From NCBI GenBank assembly GCA_964270895.1, contig OZ185438.1: a DNA stretch of 64,000 bases. One strand, written 5' to 3'. Made by a program: the position numbers and the translations under genes. Below, piece after piece: positions 1-54,148 of the stretch (position 1 is its first letter; each line of letters opens with the position of its first letter). Source of the DNA: Podarcis filfolensis. Its lineage: Eukaryota. The notes beneath the pieces are model-generated. The model saw nothing but the letters and a program-made list of their open reading frames with translations. It had not been told where the DNA came from and made no database searches.

Positions 1-3000
1 AGTTTCTATATAGGTAAAGAATATTATTGCATATAACTAGGTGGAATTCTTACAACTTTGAAGTGAACGTTTATTGAGAGAGCAATAGAACTTTCATTTG
101 TCAAGCAGTAAATGTCTCCATGAAGATGCTTAAATAGCCACAACTGATTCTTAGGCCTTTTACAATTATTATCAAGCCTTAACTTGGAATTCAAGACTAA
201 TGTATTGCATAAAAGTCGCACATTTGATTCCTGGTGTTGAAGTCTAGAAATAAACTTCTTTGGAACTCAAGTTCTGATTGTATGTGTTGCCAGCCTAGAG
301 ATTTCAGAACAACTTTAAAGGTTACTACTACTGCTAAGACTGGCAGTAATTCAGGCTAAAGTGTGTGCCTGTAATACCTTATCTACCTACCTGATTAGGG
401 CAAGTTACTTTAGTCTCAGTTTAGATATCCTATAGATTTTCCATAATTTATGCTATGCAAGTTGCTCATCAACCCTCTTTTCTTTCTGGAGTTACACTTT
501 TGTGCCTGCTTGATACAGTACAAAATCCATAACATGAGAACTGAGAAAACTGCATTGCTTAGGCTGCAGTGCTATGGACATTACTTGAGACTAACATCTT
601 ATACCAGTTCATGTCTACCTTAGAACAGTTCATACTATTTGTCAATTTAGTCCAGTCCTGTCTGCAGTAGCTCTCTAGGCATTTTTCAGGTGGAGTCTTT
701 CACTTCATTTGCTATATAATCCTTCTAACTAGAAATGTCAGGGATCATATCTGAAATATTCTGCATAACAAACATGTGCTCTACCATTGATCTGTGGCCA
801 TGCTTTCCAGAGTAGCTCCAGCTGGATTCAGTAGAACTTGAGTAAAAAATGGTTAGAGTTGGGCTGCTCAGTCCATAACACAAAGCAGACATCTCTACAG
901 ACTCTGTGGATCTTTGTTTTGTGACATACATTGAGGCCATGATAATATAGACATTCCTTATTGTGCTGTTTGAGTTCCATGGGTCAGGTTTTTTTTAATG
1001 TATTCAGTTTAAAGATGCAGATATCTTTTTGCTTTTAACATGTTTCTACTAAATTAAGATTTCATTTTTAACATTTCCCTTTTTTTACATTCATGTTACT
1101 TCCCAAAAGCCTTCCTGGAGGAAAATGAGGATTTTTTTTAGTTGCCCCTTGTGAACCTAGGTTCATTTATCCCTTGTGCATTGTTTCTATATCTAGCACT
1201 GTCACTTCCTCACAGCTTTATCTTGCCAATCTTGCTAACCATATTTATCTGATTTCAATGGGACTGATGTCCAAGTAAGGTTTTTTTTAGATTTATAACT
1301 TTAAATAGCAAGCCTCCTATTTATATAGCCAAACAAACGTATGATGGAAACAATCATAGTTGTCTGGGATATATGTACAGTTAGTGGTGAAGTAGACTGA
1401 TTAATTTACTGAATTATACTTGCGTATTTGGTTATAGTAACATCATACTTAAGGTGTTTCTCTGAAGCAGCAACTGTTGCCCCATCCTAAGCACTGATTT
1501 GCTGACACTTCAAAAGTAGTATGAATGACTAGTATTAACATAGTATCAGTTCATAGAATGGCTAAATGCAGTACTGTAGTTCATTACAGTGGCCCTATCC
1601 ATACAGCTGTAATTGAGCCCAGATTTAGTTACAGTACTTGTGTCTGTGTGCTGTAGCTGTAATGTAGGAGAACAGGAAGTTGCCTTGTGGGTATAGACTT
1701 TAGCAGGTGTGTTCTGAATGGCAAAAAGATACTGTTATTCAGGTCTAAAAATTAATGTATTGCTAAATTGTCTATGTAAGGTTTAATTTGGACATAACTT
1801 CTATAATGCCTTATAACTGGCATTCAGTACTATAACACTTGGAATGTAAAATTATTAGCAGTATTCATCAGATGTAGGGATGTAACCTGAGATTTTTTCT
1901 CTAAGTGGTATTAGGTCTAAATCTCAGAAAGCTTTCTAATGTTGTTTTCTTGTTTCAGTTACTATGCAAACTGTGAAAGATCTCATTGTTTACATCATTA
2001 CTGCTTGATTTTTAAAAGCCTTGCTACAATGGCTTGTATCCCTTTAAGTTATGGAAGTTCATGAAAGAAAAGTTTCCTCATCCCTCTGTCTTTTCCAGAG
2101 GACTCCCCTGCCAACAGTGACAAGGCAATTGTCACAAATTGACTTCTTTAACTTAACTTATTTTAGGGCCCAAGCCAATGTTTTTGCCCACGAGAGTATA
2201 GGGTCTGTTTTACAGAAGGCTTTAGGAAGTCTAGATGCTATACCTTCCCCCACCCCCCTCTTCCATTGGTTAAGTGTCCTCAGTTGGATCTTAATGTATC
2301 CCATTTAAGCTTTTGTCAGTTAATCACATTTTATCTCCAGATTAAATTAAAGTATACCAGACAGGATGATGTCATGATGTTAGAATCCTGTTATTTGTAT
2401 CTAGAGTTGAGTATTTGGTACTTGTAGTGGAGGAGATGCATTTGAACAAACTCTATTCAGCCATCTTTTGTGTTAGCAGATGGCAAAGGGATGTTTTTTC
2501 ATAGTTAAAATAAATACTAGATTGTAAAAGCATTTCCAAAATTAAATGCAGCTTATGATTTGATCCTGCAATGCAGTTCCTGCAACAGAATTCTGTGGAG
2601 GAAAATACCAGAGACTGCTCAATATGATGAGGTTGTTTTTGTGATTAGAGTCTAACTAGCCCAAGTACAATTGTAACACTCAGCCATATAAGAATAAGCC
2701 ATGGTAACCCTTATTCCGCCCCCTCCCCCCTTTGAAAGTTCTATTTTTTTGTTTTGAGTAAGATCATTAGCTTGGTTTGCACAATATGGTAAACAGAACT
2801 GTAGCTTCCTGGGGTCACATAAATGCATGGGCTCCCAAATAGGAATTCACAGCCCCTTTGGTCATCTCCAGGACTTTTTGTTGGCACATTGAGCTTGGTA
2901 AGTGTTTGGTTTAGTGGGTTTTCCAAACCCAGGCTTGTGTTTAAGCTTTCTCCTAGCTATAGCATGTGCTTAGTGGGGAAAGAGTTTAAGTATACTAACC

Positions 3001-4156
3001 TGCATCTTCTTTTTATTATCCTTCATTAAATTTGTAGACTGCCCTTCCCTGGGAGATTCCAATGTAAAAATACAAAATGAAAACGCGAAATAGATAATAA
3101 AACAAACCAACCCCCCCACAAACACATTTAAAAGAGCATAGAATGTTAATCAGCCAAAGGCTCAGTGCAGGGAGGAATAAAGTGGCTGTGGCTGCAAGTT
3201 TCTCTCTAGGAATCCACATGTTTGTGTGGTCCTGGTAATGGTAAGCTGTAGTTTCACATAGCATGTGTTGCAAATGAAGCCTTTATGCCAAATTTTGGGA
3301 AGTTTGGATTATTCTGCCAATGCTTAGTTAAGAAAAAGCAGAATCATGTTTGCTCCAAATATAGTTAGATTAAGCTACTCCCCCCCCCCTCCACCACCAC
3401 TACCTTAGGTAACGGGCACATCAGATTTTACAGAACTGAAAGTGGAAGCTTTTAAACTCCTTCCCATGTGTGTGGCACATGAGGGTAAGGCTTGCCATGG
3501 TTCATTTTCAGTCACATAGTGCTAAAGGCTTCTCTGATTTGGAGCTGTATTTAAAAGCCTGTTATTTATCGTCCAGATGATCTGATAGATAAGCACAAGT
3601 TTGTTGCATATTCTACAAAAAATCACTATACAAATTAAAATGATGGTCTATCTTTTAAATATCTAAATAGTCACTATGCAGTTTTTCTGTATATATTTCA
3701 CTCCAAGCGTTTCATAACAAAAATGACAGATTATTGTCCATAGCTCCATATTAAAAAGTTTCATAATAAGAGATATGCAATAAAAGTCTGTTAAAACAAG
3801 CCATTAATAATTCCTTGCAGGAATGGTGTGATATCCTGTGTCCTAAGAGATGGTAGCACAATCGCTTAAGATGTTAATGCTGTTTTTTGGTTGTGATAGT
3901 GGTGGAGATAAACATCCCTAGACAACTTTGGAGATAGTGTTTGGAACTCTTGGAAGCTACACAAATTATTGTTCATTTCAGTACCTTATTATGTAAGCAG
4001 AAGGTAACAGGCATTTTGATTGTGCTGCCTGAATTTGATAGGATTCAGTAAGTTTGTGTCCAGTGCTATGTTCTACATGTCAGACAATATAAATCTATAT
4101 GGATGGCAAATGTAGAACTGTATAATGTGAAATAAACAAATTGCATACACTTCATA

Positions 4157-4511
4157 AAGGTAAAGGTAAAGGTACCCCTGCCCGTCCGGGCCAGTCGTGT
4201 CCAACTCTGGGGTTGCGCGCCCATCTCGCTTAAGAGGCCGGGGGCCAGCGCTGTCCGAAGACACTTCCGGGTCACGTGGCCAGCGTTACAAGCTGCATCT
4301 GGCGAGCCAGCGCAGCACACGGAAACGCCGTTTACCTTCCCGCTAGTAAGCGGTCCCTATTTATCTACTTGCACCCGAGGGTGCTTTCGAACTGCTAGGT
4401 TGGCAGGCGCTGGGACCGAGCAACGGGAGCGCACCCCACCGCGGGGATTCGAACCGCCGACCTGACGATAGGCGCTGAGGTTTTACCCACAGCACCACCC
4501 GCGTCCCTGTT
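4157..4511 (-). mobile_element. Sauria SINE, near full length, with 12-bp TSD
   Basis: (ACCTTT)n tail, TGCCAACCTAGCAGTTCGAAAGCAC core and tRNA-like head on the minus strand. TSD ATACACTTCATA at 4145-4156 and 4512-4523. Confidence 0.93.
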
Positions 4512-4663
4512 ATACACTTCATAGGAGAGGCTAATTGCAGTTTGAAAAGCCACTTGGATGTTTTGCTTGTTTATTTAAAATATTTATATCTTGCATTTCT
4601 GCTTGACATCTGGCCTCCAGGCTGGATGACAATAAAAGAAAGCTAACACACAGTGTAAGAATA

Positions 4664-4795
4664 GGGGATGGCTACAGCTTAGTGGTAGAGCATCTGCTTT
4701 GCACACAGAATTCCTGGTTCTATCCCTGGCCTTTCCAGGTAGGGTTCAGAATACCCCCTGACTGAAAGACTGAAGAGCTATCTAGATAGAACTAG
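4664..4795 (+). mobile_element. Degenerate tRNA-derived SINE fragment
   Basis: GGGGATGGCTACAGCTTAGTGGTAGAGCATCTGCTTTGCAC...GGTTCTATCCCTGG, with A-box and B-box remnants. Confidence 0.6.
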
Positions 4796-4879
4796 ATAAA
4801 CCCAACATTTGAAACTCCCATTGTTCTCGGCGCGTTTTGCGAACGGGAATTTCATAAATGCGAGCAGTTTCTGAGTTCA

Positions 4880-4983
4880 GGGTGCAGTACTGTGCCTAAG
4901 ATTGCCACTGTTACTTGGAAGTAAATCCCAACCAAGTTCAGTGGGGCTTCCTCCCAAGTAAAACGTGCATGGATTGGGGACCT
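4880..4983. mobile_element. Old palindromic Harbinger-like MITE relic
   Basis: Imperfect inverted arms ACTTGGAAGTAAATCCC / GGGGCTTCCTCCCAAGT; resembles the element at 39981. Confidence 0.4.
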
Positions 4984-5978
4984 AAAAACTTTCTTTTCTT
5001 TTAAACCCAACATGTTTTGTTTAGGTTTAAGTTGTCTTGTTTAATGTACTTTTAATGTATGATGTGCTTTTAATTTGAAATACAATAGCCAGTTATCTAC
5101 CTCACACTCTCACAAATTTTGGAGTGGGATCATTGGAGGACCCTTAAATCTTAGGTTTGCGAACTGAACACTCAAGGTGGGTGTCTCTGCCATCAGTTGT
5201 AGAGGCCTTTAATATGTGTTCATTTTGGTGCCAAAAAGATATATTTATATGAAGGAAAGGGAGTGTAGGGAGAATCCAGGGCTTGTCTGCAGAGTGGAAG
5301 GAAAGGAGGACCTTTTTCTGCCTCCCCACTTCCAGCCTCTTAAGAATATTAGGGGGGCAGGCAGGGGAAGCATGGCTTTGTTTTTGAAGTCTTCAGATGA
5401 GGACTAGACCATGTGAAAAATGAACATAAGATTTTAGCTGCCGTTCATTCATTTTCAGCTTTGTATTCTTGTTATAAAAAAGTGCACCTAGACATTCTGT
5501 TGTTGAGCCCATAACCTAGGTTTAAGGTGCCATTTAGCTCCTAGCTTTCATATCTCAGTTTCTAAACTGGATAGACCAATGATTTGACTAGGGTATGATG
5601 TAAAATATCCAATCCCACCGTGCTCAGATATTGTTGCTGCTGCTGATTCCAGTAGGAAACTATGTTTCCACTGTGGACACTACAGAATATTTAAAGAAGA
5701 GTAGCTGGAGGAGTTGTGTGTTCAAATTTCACACTTGAAAGTTAGAATGGAGCTCTGAGAGTGTATTATCTATGACTGGGTTGCTGCTCAGTATTTTGTT
5801 AGTAGATGAAGTAAGTGCTTCAGTCGTTTACATTTTTTCCAGCAATGACTTAGCATTTTCAGTTTGGGATGGAGTTAGCCCTTTGGAAGAATGGTTTAAG
5901 GTAGAATGCTTCAGAGGTGCTATTATTACTATTATTATTAGTGTAAGGTGGCACATGCACTCCCCTCCAGCTCCATTT

Positions 5979-6100
5979 AACACTGTGAGGTAAGTTAGGC
6001 TGAGAGATATTGTGAGTGGCTCAAGGTTACCCAGTGGGCTTTGTGGCTCTGTGGGGATTTGCACCTTGGTTTCCCACTCTAACCACTACACCACACTGGC
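5979..6100 (-). mobile_element. tRNA-head CORE/MIR-like SINE fragment
   Basis: Reverse complement GCCAGTGTGGTGTAGTGGTTAGAGT...GGGTAACCTTGAGCCACTCAC...CTCTCAGCCTAACTTACCTCACAG. Confidence 0.7.
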
Positions 6101-6578
6101 CTGGGACGAAGATCTCATAGAAGCCTGGTCAGGCACTCTCAATCCTCATAATGTCTGAAGCAGGTCTTGCAGCTTCAAATATTGTGGTTCTTCTCCCTCA
6201 AAAGCTCAATATTGTGATTTCACAGAACCAGATATTTGACCCTTGCTAACATTTTAACTGGCCAAATATTTATTTCCTGCATAATTTTGATGTAGTCAGG
6301 AAAATATTTATCACTTGTTGCATGCATGTTGTTGTTTAATTGCATATTACTTAAAGCACTAGGCACTTACTAGAAAAGAAATATCCAACCAGTAAAAGTT
6401 AATGAACACTTACTACCAGAATAAATGTTTCCTCAGTTTGGAGCATGTTTTGTAATTGGTAACTAAGCTACAGTTGAATGGGTCAGTTTTTTTATTGCAA
6501 TAGCTGATGACTTCTTGCTTATTGTTAACGCATATATGTTAATGCATATATTTGTCATGTTGGACCATCCTCATAGGA

Positions 6579-6717
6579 CAGGCATAGGTAATCTCTGGCC
6601 CTACAGATGTTTGGGACTACAATTTCCATCATCCCTGACCACTGGTCCTGTTAGCTAGGGATGATGGGAATTGTAGTCCCAAACATCTGGGGGGGGGGCA
6701 GAGTTTGCCTATGCCTG
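6579..6717. mobile_element. Hairpin hAT MITE (139 bp), 8-bp TSD TCATAGGA
   Basis: CAGGCATAGG...CCTATGCCTG TIRs and a nearly fully palindromic body. TSD at 6571-6578 and 6718-6725. Confidence 0.92.
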
Positions 6718-7752
6718 TCATAGGATGTAGAATTAACAGTGGTGTTTTATATATATTCCCCCTTTCATCTTAAGTCTTGATTTCAGTAGTTTTCTATTTA
6801 TGCATTCCTGCTGTTGATAGCTTTTCACATGTTTATATCGCTAAAATCTTTATTGAAGTTTATGTCAGCAATGGATAGCATCCAGCATTGTTGCATCTTG
6901 AATGAAGAGTTGAACTTGTATGAGTACAACTCTCATTCCATGAATGGTAGCTCCTTTCCTTCATAGTGTGACATCATCAGCTGTTGCCTCATAAATATAC
7001 TTAGTCATGCTGGTAGTGAAAACAATGTTAAAAGACTGCTAAATTCCCCCCCCCTAAATTTTCATGTCATTAACCTGGCATCAGTTATGTGTTCTGTAGT
7101 TCTTTTACTTCGCTTGATATACAACTCATTGGTCTTGGATACTGCTTCCAATTGTTGCTTGGGATTTATATTTTTCAGTCTTATTTGAATGTTTTATCTT
7201 GTCAACTCCATTCACTTTGACAACTTGAATCAGTTCAGAGGTAACAGGAAATCGTTTCCCAGTATAAGAATAAGCTGCAGTGGGCATTGGGTTCACATGC
7301 ACTCCCCTTCTTTTCTTTCATGTCCACCAGGAAATAGAAAGCATTTGTTCTTGATTTTGAACTAGCCATATTTCCATGTGACATCTGAACCAGGATCAAA
7401 CCATGTTTTCGGCCCCCCAAGTTTGGACATCATGTGGTATTCTTAGTTTTCAAATCAAGATTGGGTTTCCTTGCAGGAATGAAAGAAGAGGTGGGAGGAG
7501 GGAGTGTGAAAGCTGTTGTTTTCCTCTACGTTTGAAATTAGGTATTTTATGTTCTTCAATGCTACAAATGTCTGCAGCGCATTCCTGACCAAATGGTTCT
7601 TGTTTCATCAGCAAAGCTAGGATTGCTTGGGACAATATACAATGTGTTGGCTTAAATATATGCTTCCAGATGCTGTCTTTGATATACAATAAAGTTTTAT
7701 CCATTTAGATAATTTATCATTCACGTGAAATTTAATTGTTCTTTGGTTCTAG

Positions 7753-50797
<43,045 letters not shown>

Positions 50798-51530
50798 CAG
50801 TGTGGAAAACCTTGCAGCAAGCCTGTCCTTCTGAAGTTTGTGAGTGTGAACTTGAGAGCTAACATGCAAGTGCAACACTGCGTGCAAGAGAGAGCTTATT
50901 CTCAAGACATTTTCAAAGAGTAGAGTTCCAGCAGTTTTTCAGGGAGGGGAAACTGCTCCTTTCAAGACATAAGTGGATTTGATCGTCTGTATTTTTGCTA
51001 GCCATACTTTTTTGAATCAGGGTTGAACTGACAAATAATTTAAAGAAGTTTACTTCCCATAAACTTTTAATCTGTGAAATGCATTTTCATGTTTACAAGG
51101 TGGTGAGTGACCATTTTCAAGCTGATAGTCCTCTTTTGTTCTTGTTCATATTTTCTACTCTTGTGTAGCATTTCCAGCTGTTTTTGTACTGACTTGCCCC
51201 ATCAGCTATAAGTCACTTATTTCTTCTCTCCATTTTTTCTTTTAAAGAAGCTTTAATCTCTCCCCCCCCTTTTTCTTTTCTTTTGCATTTTAGCATCAAG
51301 CAAATGCAAGGGGAAATGTGGCCTTCACTACTGATTTTTCCCTACTGTTGTATCTTTGCTATTTAGAGAGAGAAAATTGAATGTGTAATACATTGTTTTG
51401 TCTTTGGTCTGCCTCTTGGAGGGCATTTTGACTGCAACAGTGGGCAGCTTTTCTTTGACATATGGCCGATAACTTTCAAGGTCTAGATGGCTTCAATTTT
51501 AAAATAAATTAAACGTTCACAATATTAAAT
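50798..51530 (+). other. CBLB: CBLB proximal 3' UTR (true end uncertain; may extend several kb)
   Basis: Follows the TAG, is AU-rich and TE-free. The first overlapping AATAAA/ATTAAA is at 51503-51513. Confidence 0.6.
51503..51513 (+). promoter_or_regulatory. Candidate polyadenylation signal (AATAAA overlapping ATTAAA)
   Basis: aaAATAAATTAAAcg is the first canonical hexamer after the stop. There is no transcript evidence. Confidence 0.4.
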
Positions 51531-52400
51531 TGCATTATATGATAGTTTCCCTGAAATGTAAATTGTACCTGGAACATATACTAAAAATCCATTTGTATGC
51601 ATTTCAGATTAGCCCTTCATTCCATGATGAGCTTGATGAAAGGTGCCCATGTTCATGCCTTGAATATTATCAGGCATGCCAAATAGATCCATTGTGTCGA
51701 GTTATATTAGCAGTGACCAGGTAGACCAGGTGGGATCAGTTAATTTCCTGTGTGAAGAATTATTTGCTGATTCATCACAGCTTTGGGGACAAGTTCATAT
51801 TAACACAGGTGCTTTGAATCTTTGCACTGTTGAAACCAAATGCAATTATTGTGGCACTATTTCTTCAAAGCTCACATTATTACCTTAAAAGCACATTCAG
51901 TGCCAAGATCAACCAATTGCGCAAGATTTTCCTTTTTGGAGATACTTTAAATATGTTTGCCTTGAGTTCCTAATGGTGCCCCACACTGTGACGTTCCAAA
52001 GCACAGGCTAAATCAAGACCTTCAACTTCTTAAATGAAGTGTTATTGGTAACTCCAGAAAAAAATCCACATGTCCTCTCATTCTTCCTTCTCTTGTCAAC
52101 ATTGAAGACCCCCCTTTACTTTCACATACACTCCCTGACATTGTTTAGCCGGAATGACAGGTGGTCCAAATGAATTCAAGCTTTGAGATGGGGAAAATGC
52201 ATATCGTCTATTGCTCATGCAGCTGTTGTGAAGAATACAGTCTGAATACACTGACTGCTCTGATACCACAATTGTGTTCAGAGCAGGAATGAAGGAAGGT
52301 GTGGCTACACAAATGTTGCTGGACTGCAACTCCTTTCCTCCGTAATCGTTGGCCAAGTTGGCTTCGCCTAAGGAAGCTGGAGTTCAACAACATCTACAGC

Positions 52401-52776
52401 GAGGGGTGGGGATCATTTTTCAACCCAAGGCCTACATTCTCTTGTGAGGAACCTTCTGGGATCCGCATACTTCTGAAGAGTGGGGCAGCAGCAAAAGTGG
52501 TGAAGCAATGGATGTGGCTCTTACCTTTGAATAATAGGCTACATTTCGTCCATGCAGACAGAAATTTATGTACACATCTGCATCCTTGATCAAGGCAAGC
52601 ATGACATGGTCACTGTTGAAGGCTACATTCCAGATGAGCACAAGCACTCAAGGAAGGCATGGAGCAGGTCCAGTGAGGAATGTGGTCTGAGGAAGGAAGG
52701 GTCCAGGGAGTGTCCCAAAGCCAGACAGAGAGGCCTGAGGGTTCTTTTCTAGATGTTCATAGGTTCATTGCCCCTG
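52401..52776. mobile_element. Degenerate hAT-like non-autonomous element
   Basis: (C/G)AGGGGTGGGGATC left end and TTGCCCCTG right end; no TSD recovered. Confidence 0.5.
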
Positions 52777-53538
52777 GTTTAGAGCCAATATAAGGCACCC
52801 ATCTCTTCAGCCCTACCACCATATGTGACATGCCCAACATCACCTGGCCTAGTGGTTCAACATCCAATGAAGCTGTTGTGACTTTATAAAAACAGATGCA
52901 ATCATTCAGAGGAACTCCTGTTCCTAATTGAATATAGACTAGTGGAAAAAAGTACTGCAAGGAGGGAATCAGGAACCAGGTCTCCAAAATTAAGGCTGTG
53001 ACCCAATTTCCAGAAATCAGATTAGGCAAGATCAGCGACATCTCAGTTTGTGGTGCACATCCTCAGCCCTTTCCCTTGGGTCAGTTTTGAGAAGGGCTTT
53101 CACCTAGCAACCCATTGTCACAACACTACTTGATTTGATTTTGGCACTCTAGCTCATTTATGGTGACAAATTCTAAATATAATTTATATTGGAATTCCAA
53201 TTTTTCATATCCTATATTCTTTCATAAAGATCTGAACATATGACATACCCACTTCTAAACTGTTCAAATTGTAATTCTGTGCAATCATACTTGGCTATCT
53301 CTTTGGTCCTCATGAAGAGACTTTTGGATAAGTCCCGAAAAGGATCATTAAGAATGGTTTTGAGCCTTCTAATTCCTTGTTGATGTGCTGCTAAGTTAAA
53401 AAGCTGCAATTTTCCTACAGAAAACACAAGTTATATTCTGCCATTTTAAAAGATTAATATATTATAAAGAGGGAAAGGACTACTTGCCATAGCACAAGAC
53501 CTTCAATTGCAGTAGAGACGATTGTTTTTAGCATAGGT

Positions 53539-53888
53539 CAGTGGGTCCAAAACTGTTTGGGGGCACCACTCTCTGGGTTCCATAAACTCAGCCCCAGTGC
53601 CCTTCTACCCTACCTTATAAAAAGCATTATTCAAATAGTGGTATGTACAACCCACAAAGGAAGAGAATAAACAATAAAATTCAAAACAGTAACGATTAAT
53701 TGCACATTTATTCACAATCCGATTAAATTATTTAAAGTAAATTTTTTTGATGCGTTTGATCCAGTGATGCCTGCTTTTCAAAGTCTGACAGTCATTTACA
53801 CCTTCAGCATGCCCTTGCCTCTTAATGCCCACGCTAGGTCATTCCACCATCCCTTCGCGGGCAGTACTGCCCACTTTGGGAACCACTG
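53539..53888. mobile_element. hAT/Charlie-like non-autonomous element (350 bp)
   Basis: CAGTGGGTCCAAAA...TTTGGGAACCACTG TIRs; decayed 8-bp TSD GCATAGGT / GTATGGGT. Confidence 0.7.
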
Positions 53889-54012
53889 GTATGGGTATTT
53901 AGGAAAAGCACTAATTCTACTCTCCTAAAGTGCGCAGTGGGGTGTTTTGTGTTACTGGGATGACTCCAGTAGATGAAGGCTTGTGAAAGAATATGTCAAC
54001 ATACTCATAAAC

Positions 54013-54148
54013 CAGGCTTCCTCAAACTCGGCCCTCCAGATGTTTTGAGACTACAACTCCCATCATCCCTGACCACTGGTCCTGCTAGCTAGGGATCATG
54101 GGAGTTGTAGGCCAAAAACATCTGGAGGGCCGAGGTTGAGGAAGCCTG
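54013..54148. mobile_element. Hairpin hAT MITE (136 bp, variant TIR CAGGCTTCCTCAA), 8-bp TSD TCATAAAC
   Basis: TSD at 54005-54012 and 54149-54156; body as in 6579 and 16143. Confidence 0.92.

Noticed and set aside
7477-7541. Possible 65-nt cryptic exon upstream of exon 3
   Set aside because: Weak donor (TAG|gtattt), short pyrimidine tract and no homology support.
52257-52268. Plant-type tRNA-iMet primer binding site (TGGTATCAGAGC on minus)
   Set aside because: No adjacent LTR or gag/pol. It is one arm of a ~32-nt imperfect palindrome, and vertebrate iMet would give TGGTAGCAGAG.
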